The position numbers and the translations under genes are program-made. From NCBI GenBank assembly GCA_035265465.1, contig DATFON010000065.1, positions 262-64,261 of the forward strand: a stretch of 64,000 nucleotides of DNA, written 5' to 3'. The DNA comes from Solirubrobacterales bacterium (lineage in GTDB: Bacteria; Actinomycetota; Thermoleophilia; Solirubrobacterales; 70-9). This document shows positions 42,978 to 51,703 of the stretch, one piece after another (position 1 is the first letter of the stretch; each line of letters opens with the position of its first letter). Below the pieces are notes generated by a model. That model did no database searches and was not told where the DNA came from. It was given only the letters and a program-made list of their open reading frames with translations.

Positions 42978-43790
42978 ATGCCGTATCTCGAGCGCCCCGA
43001 CGGTGTGAAGATCCATTGGGAGGAGCGTGGGACGGGACCACTGGTGGTCCTGGCTCCCTACGCCAACGCGTATCCAGCCGTCTACGACCCGCTGGAGGCG
43101 GAGCTCTCGGGCGATCATCGGATCGCTCGCTACGACGATCGCGGCAGCGGCGCCTCGGACCGCACCGGCCCTTATGACATGGACACCGGCGCGGACGATC
43201 TGGAAGCGGTGATCGAGACGGCCGGGGAACCCGCCGTTGTGATCGCCCTGGCCGACGCGGTCAATCGGGGCGCCCACGTCGCCGCCCGGCGGCCGGACCT
43301 CGTGGATGCGCTCGTCGTTCCCGGCGGGAACCCGGCGGGGCGGGCCCGGCTCGAGGGCACCGATGCGATGGTCACCTCGGACTCCGTGCTCGACGCTTTT
43401 CTCAGCATGGCCGAGACGGACTATCGAGGCGCGGTCCGCACGGTCGTGAGCGCCGGCAACCCCCAGATGAGCGACGACGAGGTCCGGGAGCGGGTGCGGC
43501 TTCAAGTCGAATATCTGCCGCGTGAGACGGCGATCGCCCGATGGCGGGCATGGGCCGACGACGACGCCACCGAGGCGGGACGGGAGTGCGGCGACCGTCT
43601 GTGGATCCTGGTGTCGGAGCACATGAGCGGTGGCTGGTTTCCGGCAGGCGATGAAGGGCTGCGGATCTCGCGTCGGCTATTTCCAAAGGCTCACGTAGAA
43701 GAGGTGGACGACGGGATGATCAGCCGCCCCGACCAGTTCGGGGACATCGTTCGGCGAATCACGTCGAAGGCGCGCGCGGCCACCGCCTGA
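42978..43790 (+). CDS. alpha/beta-hydrolase-fold protein (paralog 1, no GXSXG)
   Basis: 270 aa. DGVKIHWEERGTGPLVVL...RYDDRGSGASD. The nucleophile-elbow position reads IALADAVNRG. Confidence 0.7.
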   Translation: MPYLERPDGVKIHWEERGTGPLVVLAPYANAYPAVYDPLEAELSGDHRIARYDDRGSGASDRTGPYDMDTGADDLEAVIETAGEPAVVIALADAVNRGAHVAARRPDLVDALVVPGGNPAGRARLEGTDAMVTSDSVLDAFLSMAETDYRGAVRTVVSAGNPQMSDDEVRERVRLQVEYLPRETAIARWRAWADDDATEAGRECGDRLWILVSEHMSGGWFPAGDEGLRISRRLFPKAHVEEVDDGMISRPDQFGDIVRRITSKARAATA

Positions 43791-43795
43791 GCGAC

Positions 43796-44617
43796 ATGGC
43801 GGCCGTTCAGCGACCCGACGGCGTCGAGCTGGCTCTCCACGAACAGGGCGAGGGGCCGCTCGTGATGCTCGCCCCTTACTGGTCCGGACACCCCGGCGTC
43901 TTCGAGGCCTTCCTCTCGGACCTCGCGCGCGACCACCGAGTCGTCACCTGGGATGCTCGCGGGACGGGCGAGTCCACCCGGGCCGGGCCATACGACAACG
44001 AGACCGACTGTGCCGACCTCGAGGCGATGCTGGATCACGTCGGAGGGGCGAACGCGGTGGTGGCGGTCGCCAACGGCTGCAACGCAGCCGTCCACGTCGC
44101 GGCGCGCAGGCAGGATCTCATCGGGGCGGTAGCTGCATTCGGCGCCGGCCCGTTCGCTCGCATGGACTTCGCCGACAGCGAGGCGATGATCGGCTCCGAC
44201 AGTGTGATCGCGGCGTTCCTCGAGATGCTCCAGCGCGACTATCGCGGTGCCCTCCGCACCGTCGTGACGGCGACGAACACCCAGATGTCCGAGGAGGAGA
44301 TTCGCGACCGAGTCGACTTCCAGACCTCCTACTGTCCGCAGGAGGCGGCGATCGCCCGGGTGCGGGAGTGGGCGGACGACGACCCCACGCAGGCCGCGGC
44401 GGCAATCGGCGATCGGCTGTGGATCTTCTCGGCGCCGGGCGTTGCCGGGCCCTGGCTGCCCCCTCTCGAGGAGCGGCGCCGAATCATCCAGAGAGTCATG
44501 CCGGACGCCAATCTGTATGACATCGACGAGGACATGGGCCCGGTCTCCCGTCCCGACGTCATCGCCGCCGCGATCCGGCGCGTCACCCAATCGGTGCAGC
44601 TCGAGTCGGAGCGCTGA
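43796..44617 (+). CDS. alpha/beta-hydrolase-fold protein (paralog 2, no GXSXG)
   Basis: 273 aa, collinear with paralog 1 (DGVELALHEQGEGPLVML...TWDARGTGES). The elbow reads AVANGCNAAV. Confidence 0.7.
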   Translation: MAAVQRPDGVELALHEQGEGPLVMLAPYWSGHPGVFEAFLSDLARDHRVVTWDARGTGESTRAGPYDNETDCADLEAMLDHVGGANAVVAVANGCNAAVHVAARRQDLIGAVAAFGAGPFARMDFADSEAMIGSDSVIAAFLEMLQRDYRGALRTVVTATNTQMSEEEIRDRVDFQTSYCPQEAAIARVREWADDDPTQAAAAIGDRLWIFSAPGVAGPWLPPLEERRRIIQRVMPDANLYDIDEDMGPVSRPDVIAAAIRRVTQSVQLESER

Positions 44618-44651
44618 GAGGGTTTCGCGCCGGCCGGGCGCGCCTTGTGGC

Positions 44652-44688
44652 AAAAAAGAAGCGGGGCGCTCGCCCGGCGCCCCGCTTC
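44652..44688 (-). terminator. intrinsic terminator (hairpin plus T6 on minus strand)
   Basis: GAAGCGGGGCGC-TCGCCCG-GCGCCCCGCTTC, 12-bp stem. On the minus strand it is followed by TTTTTT (44652-44657). Downstream of the SCP2/ACAD operon. Confidence 0.65.
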
Positions 44689-44826
44689 CCGCATGGGAGG
44701 TGCCCCGCGGGGTCTCGCTTTGGGAACCCCGCAGTCCTTTGGATGTGCAACGCGATGATCGACCCGGTGCGGATCCGCCTAAAGGCGCTTCTACTGAGTC
44801 TGGACGTTTGTTCGACCCCGCGAGTC

Positions 44827-45276
44827 TCAGCCGGTTGGGATCGCGAACATCGACTGGATCTGGGCGGAGAACATCAAATCGCCCTCGATCTTCAGCTTGC
44901 CTCTCATGAACATCATCGGGCCGCTGGCATTCCCGGTGACGAGCTTCAGGAAGTCGACTCCGGTCAGCTTCAGGGTGGCCCGCGGTTCCGACTTCGGCTC
45001 CGGGCTCGTCGCGCACGTACCGTCGGCGACCACCACCTCCCAATGGTCTTCGCCGCCATCGGAGCGTCCGGTGATCCTCCAGTGGATCACCGCCGACTGC
45101 CCGGCGCCACCGCGATAGTGCTCTTCCATGCGCTTGAAGATCTCGCCGATGATCTGATCGCGCAGCGGGCCCTCCATCGCCTCGCGAAGCTGCTCATCCG
45201 TCGCCTGCCCGATGCTCCGCGCGAACTCCTCGGGATCGACTGCGGAGGTGTCGATCGACTCCGTGTCGCTGCTCAC
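44827..45276 (-). CDS. SCP2 sterol/lipid-binding domain protein
   Basis: GTG 45276, 18 nt after the ACAD stop. ...ATLKLTGVDFLKLVTGNASGPMMFMRGKLKIEGDLMFSAQIQSMF is the classic SCP2 C-terminus. Confidence 0.72.
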   Translation of the reverse strand: MSSDTESIDTSAVDPEEFARSIGQATDEQLREAMEGPLRDQIIGEIFKRMEEHYRGGAGQSAVIHWRITGRSDGGEDHWEVVVADGTCATSPEPKSEPRATLKLTGVDFLKLVTGNASGPMMFMRGKLKIEGDLMFSAQIQSMFAIPTG

Positions 45277-45293
45277 CTCTGACTCCTCTCTCG

Positions 45294-46577
45294 CTACTTG
45301 ACTCGGGCCCCCGAGATGGCGCGCGAGATCACCAGCCGCTGGATCTCCGAGGTGCCCTCGAAGATCGTGTAGATCTTCGCGTCGCGGTGCATCCGCTCCA
45401 CCGGGTACTCGCGTGTATAGCCGTTGCCGCCCAGGATCTGCATGGCCCGCTCGGTCGCCCAGACGGCCACCTCGCCGGCCTTGAGCTTGGACATGGAGCC
45501 CTCCGCCGCGTTGAAGTCCTTGCCGGTGCGGCCCATCCAGGCGGCCCGCCATACGAGCAGGCGCGCCGCGTCGATCTCCATCTTCATGTCGGCGAGCGTG
45601 AAGCCGATCGCCTGGTTCTCGACGATGGGACGCCCGAACTGCTCGCGCTGCTTGGCGTATTCGAGCGCGTACTCGTAGGCGGCGCGCGCGATGCCGACCG
45701 CCTGCGAGCCGACGGTCGGGCGGGAGACCTCGAATGTCTTCATCGCCGCCTGCCCGCGCGAGCTCTCGCCCTCGCGGGCGCGCGCGAGGCGCTCGTCGAG
45801 CTTGTCCTTGCCGCCCAGGAGGCAGGAGCCGGGAACGCGGCAGTCATCCAGGTGGACGTCGGCCGTGTGCGACGCGCGCAACCCGTGCTTCTTGACCTTG
45901 GAGCCCTGCTGCAGCCCGTCGGTCCCGGGAGGGATCACGAATGCGGCGTGGCCACGAGAGCCCAGCTCGCGGTCGACGCTTGCGATGACGACGTGAACGG
46001 CGGCGATCCCGCCGTTCGTCGCCCAGGCCTTCTGCCCGTTCAGGACCCACTCGTCCTTGGCCTCGTCGTACCGGGCGGTGGTGCGGATCGCGGAGACGTC
46101 GGAGCCGGCGTCGGGCTCCGAAGAGCAGAAGGCCCCCACCTTCGGGTCGTCGGCATCGCCGAAGCACTGTGGCACCCACTCGGCGAGCTGATCCGGAGTG
46201 CCCGACGAATAAATGGCCGCCACCGCGAGCGTCGTGCCCATGATGGACATTCCGATGCCCGCGTCTCCCCAGAAGAGCTCCTCGTTGACGATCGACATCG
46301 TCAGGCCGGTGGGATCCATCCAGAACTGCGCGAGGCCCTCGAACCCGTACAGGCCGATCTTCGCCGCCTCCTGAATCACCGGCCAGGGAGTCTCCTCGCG
46401 CTCGTCCCACTCGTGCGCGGCCGGGCGGACGACACCCTCCGCGAATCCGTGCACCCAGTCCCGGATGTCCCTCTGGTCCTGGCTCAGCTCGAGGCTGAAC
46501 TGAGCCTCCACGTCGCCGGCTCCGTTGTCAGTCGCCATTGCCTCTCTGGCTGCCTCTTGTGCGGTCGTAGCTTCCAT
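45294..46577 (-). CDS. acyl-CoA dehydrogenase
   Basis: 427 aa. CSSEPDAGSD, QILGGNGYTREYPVERMHRDAKIYTIFEGTSEIQRLVI. Confidence 0.9.
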   Translation of the reverse strand: MEATTAQEAAREAMATDNGAGDVEAQFSLELSQDQRDIRDWVHGFAEGVVRPAAHEWDEREETPWPVIQEAAKIGLYGFEGLAQFWMDPTGLTMSIVNEELFWGDAGIGMSIMGTTLAVAAIYSSGTPDQLAEWVPQCFGDADDPKVGAFCSSEPDAGSDVSAIRTTARYDEAKDEWVLNGQKAWATNGGIAAVHVVIASVDRELGSRGHAAFVIPPGTDGLQQGSKVKKHGLRASHTADVHLDDCRVPGSCLLGGKDKLDERLARAREGESSRGQAAMKTFEVSRPTVGSQAVGIARAAYEYALEYAKQREQFGRPIVENQAIGFTLADMKMEIDAARLLVWRAAWMGRTGKDFNAAEGSMSKLKAGEVAVWATERAMQILGGNGYTREYPVERMHRDAKIYTIFEGTSEIQRLVISRAISGARVK

Positions 46578-46646
46578 GCGTAAAACTTACATCAATCGAT
46601 GTCACATCCTTCCATGTCTCCCACCGATGGTGCCTAGGCTTGCGGG

Positions 46647-47264
46647 GTGAGCGAGCTTCGCGAGCTGCATCCAGGGCTTTGGCGATGGACCGCCGCACAT
46701 CCGGGCTGGGTGCCGAACGCCAAGCCCGAGAGCCAGTCGGACTGGCCCGAGTACGTGGGGTGCGTCCTCTGCGATGCACCGGACGCGACGGTGCTGATCG
46801 ATCCTCTGCTGCCGCACGGAGACGATCGCTTCCTTGGCCAGCTCGATGGCCACGTGCGGATGCGTGGTTTGCCGGTCGCGATCCTCACCACGATCAAGTT
46901 CCACCGGCGCAGCCGCGATGAGCTCGCAAAGCGCTACTCGGCGCGAACGTCGCGCGCCAGGCGAGCGCTCCCGGAGGGCGTTGAGGCGTGGCCCATCCGC
47001 GGGGCGGGCGAGACCATGTTCTGGCTTTCCGAGCACCGCGCCCTGGTCGCCGGTGATCGACTCATGGGAGTCGAGGACGGCGGTCTGCGGCTTTGCCCGG
47101 AATCGTGGCTTGGCTACCTGCCGAGCCGGATCTCGATCGCGGAACTGGCCGCGCGGTTGCGGCCGCTCCTGGACCTGCCCATCGAGAGCGTCCTCGTGTC
47201 GCATGGCGAGCCGGTGATGACGGGTGGCCACGACGCCCTGGAGCGAGCGCTCGACCTGGGCTGA
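46647..47264 (+). CDS. metallo-beta-lactamase-fold-like protein (degenerate metal motif)
   Basis: 205 aa. VLIDPLLP...ILTTIKFHRRS...LVSHGEP pattern resembles the MBL fold but lacks a clear HxHxDH. Weak assignment. Confidence 0.5.
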   Translation: MSELRELHPGLWRWTAAHPGWVPNAKPESQSDWPEYVGCVLCDAPDATVLIDPLLPHGDDRFLGQLDGHVRMRGLPVAILTTIKFHRRSRDELAKRYSARTSRARRALPEGVEAWPIRGAGETMFWLSEHRALVAGDRLMGVEDGGLRLCPESWLGYLPSRISIAELAARLRPLLDLPIESVLVSHGEPVMTGGHDALERALDLG

Positions 47265-47317
47265 CGCGAGGCGTTGGCGCTCGTTTTCCCCCCGCCCGTG
47301 GGGGTAGCCGAGTATTG

Positions 47318-47692
47318 ATGGAGTCGGAGCTCAAAGAGGAGACCCTCGATCCGGATCGAGGCCGCAAGCTGATCGCGAGCGAAGGGGTCCAAGCGCTTGA
47401 CCTTCGGGATGAGGACGACTTCGGTGACGCACACATCGCGGGTGCGGTTCGGGCCGAGGGTGACGAGATCGACGCCGCGCTCGAATCCCTGGATAAAGAC
47501 CGCCCGGTAGTGGTCGTGTGCGCGGACGGCCAGCGCAGCTCGGACGTCGCCGCCAACCTCCGAGAGCGTGGCTATCAGGCGGCGGTCGTCAAGGGCGGAA
47601 TGAAGGCCTGGACCGGCGACAGCCTCCCGGTCCAGCCCCGCGAGGCCGAGGAGTTCCACGGCCCGCGGCGCCCGGGGCCGCTGGGCCAGTAG
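47318..47692 (+). CDS. rhodanese-domain protein
   Basis: ATG 47318 in frame with track ORF 47093. LDLRDEDDFGDAHIAGA...VVVVCADGQRSSDVAANLRERGY with active-site loop CADGQRS. Confidence 0.75.
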   Translation: MESELKEETLDPDRGRKLIASEGVQALDLRDEDDFGDAHIAGAVRAEGDEIDAALESLDKDRPVVVVCADGQRSSDVAANLRERGYQAAVVKGGMKAWTGDSLPVQPREAEEFHGPRRPGPLGQ

Positions 47693-47758
47693 CGCGGCGC
47701 CGGTCTCGCACATGCCGGGTGATTGCGTGGCTGCGCGCGCGGGTACTGCGTACGCACC

Positions 47759-48769
47759 ATGCGACTACGGAGGGTCGATTGCTCCACGCCGGGACTCCAG
47801 CGAGTGCGGCGGGGGCGCGGCTTCAGCTACCTGGATGAGAACGGCGACGCCGTCGAGGATGCCGAAGTCCGGGCGCGAATTCGTGAGCTTGCGATCCCTC
47901 CCGCGTGGACCGACGTCTGGATCTGCCCCGATCCGCGCGGGCACATCCAGGCGACCGGATACGACGACGCCGGCCGCAAGCAATACCTCTACCACGACGC
48001 CTGGCGCGAGCATCGGGACCGCCGCAAGTTCCAGCAGATGGAGACCTTCGGCGAGTCCCTGCCCGCGCTTCGCACGCGTGTCGAGCGTGATCTCGCGCGC
48101 CGGGGCCTCGTGCGCGACCGGGTGCTCGGCTGCGCGCTTCGGCTCCTCGACCTCGGCTTCTTTCGCATCGGATCCGAGCGCTATGCAGCCGAGAACGAGA
48201 CCTACGGCCTCGCCACGCTCAAGAAGGGACAGGTCAGGCTCGAGCGCGGTACCGCCGTATTCGACTACCGGGCGAAGGGATCGCAGCGCCACGTGCAGGT
48301 GGTCGCGGATCCGATGGTGCTGCCGACGATCCGGGCGCTGAAGGCCCGGCGCTCCGGGGGCCGAGAGCTGTTCGCCTACCGGAACGGACGGACCTGGCAC
48401 GGGGTGCGCTCGGATGAGATCAACGAGCACCTCAAGGACCTTTCGGGCGATGAGTTCACGGCCAAGGACTTCCGGACGTGGAACGCGACCGTGCTCGCGG
48501 CCGTCGCGCTCGCCAAGCACGATCCGAGCGACCTCGGCAAAGCTGCCCGGCGCCGTGCCACGAACGAGGCCGTCAAGGCGGTGGCCGCCTATCTGTCGAA
48601 CACGCCCTCCGTCTGCCGTAGCGCCTACATCGATCCCCGGGTCATCGATCGGTTCGACTCCGGAGACACGATTCGCGGTGCTCTGGATCGCGAGCGCAAC
48701 GGCGCCGAGCCGGGCGAGTTCCCCCACCGCGAGCGCATCGAGGCCGCGGTTCTCAAGCTCATCCGTTAA
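47759..48769 (+). CDS. DNA topoisomerase IB (poxvirus/eukaryote-like)
   Basis: ATG 47759. IPPAWTDVWICPDPRGHIQATGYDDAGRKQYLYH, FTAKDFRTWNATV, LSNTPSVCRSAYIDPRV (catalytic Tyr context SAYI). Confidence 0.8.
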   Translation: MRLRRVDCSTPGLQRVRRGRGFSYLDENGDAVEDAEVRARIRELAIPPAWTDVWICPDPRGHIQATGYDDAGRKQYLYHDAWREHRDRRKFQQMETFGESLPALRTRVERDLARRGLVRDRVLGCALRLLDLGFFRIGSERYAAENETYGLATLKKGQVRLERGTAVFDYRAKGSQRHVQVVADPMVLPTIRALKARRSGGRELFAYRNGRTWHGVRSDEINEHLKDLSGDEFTAKDFRTWNATVLAAVALAKHDPSDLGKAARRRATNEAVKAVAAYLSNTPSVCRSAYIDPRVIDRFDSGDTIRGALDRERNGAEPGEFPHRERIEAAVLKLIR

Positions 48770-48835
48770 GGCCGGGCCCGGCGCGCGTCGCGCGAGTGCA
48801 CCGATTCTCGGCGGCTGCTACGGTGCCGCGCTGAC

Positions 48836-49039
48836 ATGGCCACCGGAACGGTCAAATGGTTCAGCGACGAGAAGGGCTTCGGGTTCATCACGCCCGACGA
48901 CGGGTCGCAGGATGTCTTCGTCCATCACAGCTCGATAGCCGGCGACGGGTATCGCTCGCTGGACGAAGGCGCCAAGGTCTCGTACGAGTCCGAGGCGAGC
49001 GACAAGGGCCCCCGCGCGACCAACGTGCAGAAGGTCTAG
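48836..49039 (+). CDS. cspA: cold-shock protein (CspA family)
   Basis: 67 aa. [32 protein letters not shown] with RNP1/RNP2 motifs. Confidence 0.92.
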   Translation: MATGTVKWFSDEKGFGFITPDDGSQDVFVHHSSIAGDGYRSLDEGAKVSYESEASDKGPRATNVQKV

Positions 49040-49052
49040 CGCCGGTTTCGGT

Positions 49053-50132
49053 CTAGTCGCTGCCTTGAATCTCGACGCAGGTCGGGCCAAGCGCTGACGC
49101 CTGCGGCACGCCGGAGAGAGCCAGCGCGACGTCGAACTCGGCGAGGATGAGCTCGAGGACCGCGCGGACGCCGTCTTCACCGTCCACCGCGAGACCCCAG
49201 ATCACGGGGCGCCCGACCATGACCGCGCGAGCCCCGAGGGCCAGCGCCTTCAGCACATCGGTCCCACGGCGGATCCCGCCGTCGACGATGACGTCCATGC
49301 GATCTCCCACGGCCTCGACCACGGCCGGCAGGGCTTCGGTCCCCGTCGCGACGGTGTCGAGTTGACGACCGCCGTGGTTCGAGACGACCACGCCGGCGGC
49401 GCCGTGCTCCGCGGCGAGACGCGCGTCCTCCGGCGTCAGCACGCCCTTCACGAGCACCGGCAGGTCGCAGCTCGACGCGAACTCCTCCACATCGGACCAG
49501 GTCAGGCTTGCGTCGATGAGATCGCCGATCTGAAGCAGGCTCATGGCGCCCGAGCGCTCCTTGGCCCCAACGCCTGGTGAGGCGAGGGCATCCGGGATCA
49601 CGTACTGGCTGCGGACGTCGCGCTCGCGGATCCCAAGCACCGGCATGTCGACCGTGATCACGATCGCCTCGTAGCCGCTCTCGGTGGCGGCTTGGAGGAG
49701 CTCGTGCGAGACGGCCCGGTCCTTGAACACGTACAGCTGGAACCAGCGCGTGCCGTCCGGAGCGGCGGCGGCCACGTCAGCGGGCCTCGCCGTCGCAAGC
49801 GAGGAGAGGCAGAAGATCGATTCAGCGGTCGCGGCGCCACGGGCCGTGGCCTCCTCGCCGTCGGGGTGCGCCAGGCGGTGGTACGCCGTCGGCGCCACGA
49901 CGACCGGGTGCGGACGGGGACGGCCCAGGAGCGTCGTCGAGGGGTCCCGCTCCGAGACGTCCACGAGAACGCGCGGCCGGATGGCGATGCGCCGCCAGGC
50001 CCGCACGTTGTCCTCGACAGTCACCTCGTCGCCGGCGCCGCCGGCGAAGTACCCGTACGGGCCCTGCTCCAGGACCGCGGCGGCGCGCTCCTCGAAATCG
50101 GCGATCGTGAGCGGGAGCTGGATGAAGGGAAT
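49053..50132 (-). CDS. FMN-dependent alpha-hydroxy-acid oxidase/dehydrogenase (LldD/glycolate-oxidase family); start codon unresolved
   Basis: The track ORF starts at GTG 50024, but the 36 in-frame codons upstream (IPFIQLPLTIADFEERAAAVLEQGPYGYFAGGAGDE) are the conserved family N-terminus. The only candidate starts there are ATT 50132, ATC 50123 or CTG. TAG lies at 50135-50133. C-terminal part: VVSNHGGRQLD, GGIRRGTDVLKALALGA. Confidence 0.7.
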   Translation of the reverse strand: MPFIQLPLTIADFEERAAAVLEQGPYGYFAGGAGDEVTVEDNVRAWRRIAIRPRVLVDVSERDPSTTLLGRPRPHPVVVAPTAYHRLAHPDGEEATARGAATAESIFCLSSLATARPADVAAAAPDGTRWFQLYVFKDRAVSHELLQAATESGYEAIVITVDMPVLGIRERDVRSQYVIPDALASPGVGAKERSGAMSLLQIGDLIDASLTWSDVEEFASSCDLPVLVKGVLTPEDARLAAEHGAAGVVVSNHGGRQLDTVATGTEALPAVVEAVGDRMDVIVDGGIRRGTDVLKALALGARAVMVGRPVIWGLAVDGEDGVRAVLELILAEFDVALALSGVPQASALGPTCVEIQGSD

Positions 50133-50275
50133 CTATTGGCCCGCGGACGAGAACTCCCGCATCGCGGCGCGCGTTTGCACCGGCCGCTCCAGCATCGGGA
50201 AAACCGTCGCTCGTATTGCCCCGTTCGCGGAGGGTTCAATCCTCCCTGCTCGCCCGGACGGGGGGTGAGGGCTGA

Positions 50276-51631
50276 TCAGTGCGTGGAGGCGGTTGCGTCG
50301 GCCCGAGCCGCGGTGACGACCTGCGGCTGCGGGCGAATCTCGCGGAAGGGGGTGAAGCTCGACCCCGCCCGCAGGACGGTGATCGGGCCGACATCGGGGT
50401 CCCCGCTGGACTCGAGCCTGTACGCGCCGATGATTCCGCCGCCCCTGGTCGCGAAGACCGCCTTGACGATGCCCGCCCGGTGCGGGCCCGCGGCGGCGAT
50501 GGCATTGGTCAGCACCGCGGCCGCCTCCCCGGCGGGCGGCGCGAACTGCTCAACATGCTGGTCGCCGATCTCGTCCTGGAGGTCGCTCACCAGCGTCGCT
50601 CCATCTCCCGTCAGCTTCTCGGGTGCGCGTCCCGGCAGGCTCGCGAACATGCCCTTGCTGTCGGCCCCCGCGTCGTCGATGGTGGCCTGTTGCGCGAAGC
50701 CGTCGAACGCGAACAGCGGCATCTTCTCGTTCGACCCCAGCGCGGCGACCTTGTCGCGAATCACCTGGGCGCCGTTCTCCTCGGTCAGGCCGGCCAGGAC
50801 GACGCTGTCGGCCTGGGCTGCCTTTACCTCCTTGAACAGGGACGCGTAACTCTTCGCCTTCGGGTCCCAGGAGGCATACCCGGAGAGCTCCAGGCCGATG
50901 TCCTGCGCTGCGGCACGGAAGTTCGCGGCCTGTCCCAGGCTCGTTGGATCGTCCTGCGCGTAGACGACGAAGGGCTGTTTGGATCCTTCCGACTTCGCGA
51001 ACTCGCCGAGCGCCGCGCCCTGGAAGGCGTCATTGGGGACAACACGGGCGTACGTGCGCTTGCCGGTCGGATAAAGGCTGTTCGGCTGGCCCGACTCGCA
51101 AAGCGGGCTCGGCTCGGTGAGGCAGACCGCCGTGTTGCCCGGGGAGATCATGATCAGGCCCGCCTTGTTCAGGATCGGGATCTCCTCGGCCGCGCAGCCC
51201 GAGTTGTAGGTGCCGATGACGCCCAGGACCCTGTCGTCGTCCGCGTAGGCGTGCGCGTTGGAGCGGCAGGTCGCCGGATCCCAGAGGCCGGTCTTGGAGA
51301 TCGAGTCGTCGCAGGCCTGGAAGCCGACGGTCGTCGGTCCCGCCTTCCAGTCGTTCTGCTCGAGCACCAGCCGGATCGCGTCCACCTGCTGCTGCGAGCG
51401 CTCCGCCGAGTCGCCCCGCATCGGGAGGTCGGAGACGATCAGGCCCTGCGGGGTTCCCTCCCCCCCGTACTCGACACCGCTGCAGGAGTTGGCCTTCACC
51501 CCCTCGATGTCCGAGGAGGTCGTCGTGGAGGATTCGCTTCCGCCGCACCCGACCACGGCGGCGACGAGGAGCGCCGCGGCAACGGCGAACAACGCAGCGG
51601 CGGCGGCACGGGTGGGTCGCGGCGACTTCAT
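50276..51631 (-). CDS. ABC-transporter substrate-binding lipoprotein (type 1 periplasmic binding fold, branched-chain amino-acid-like)
   Basis: 451 aa. Lipobox AAVVGCGG. IGTYNSGCAAEEIPILNKAGLIMISPGNT is typical of LivJ-like binding proteins. No permease/ATPase genes adjacent. Confidence 0.75.
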   Translation of the reverse strand: MKSPRPTRAAAAALFAVAAALLVAAVVGCGGSESSTTTSSDIEGVKANSCSGVEYGGEGTPQGLIVSDLPMRGDSAERSQQQVDAIRLVLEQNDWKAGPTTVGFQACDDSISKTGLWDPATCRSNAHAYADDDRVLGVIGTYNSGCAAEEIPILNKAGLIMISPGNTAVCLTEPSPLCESGQPNSLYPTGKRTYARVVPNDAFQGAALGEFAKSEGSKQPFVVYAQDDPTSLGQAANFRAAAQDIGLELSGYASWDPKAKSYASLFKEVKAAQADSVVLAGLTEENGAQVIRDKVAALGSNEKMPLFAFDGFAQQATIDDAGADSKGMFASLPGRAPEKLTGDGATLVSDLQDEIGDQHVEQFAPPAGEAAAVLTNAIAAAGPHRAGIVKAVFATRGGGIIGAYRLESSGDPDVGPITVLRAGSSFTPFREIRPQPQVVTAARADATASTH

Positions 51632-51703
51632 CGAGGCGGGGAACCTACCGGGCGGCTCGGCGGTTCACGGGGCGACCGCAGTGGGCGCCCCGCAGCGGAA
51701 AGG

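Noticed and set aside
42303-45043. ORFs 42303..43622 (-) and 43691..45043 (-)
   Set aside because: They are antisense to the cyclase tail and the two alpha/beta-hydrolase genes, with R-rich shadow composition.
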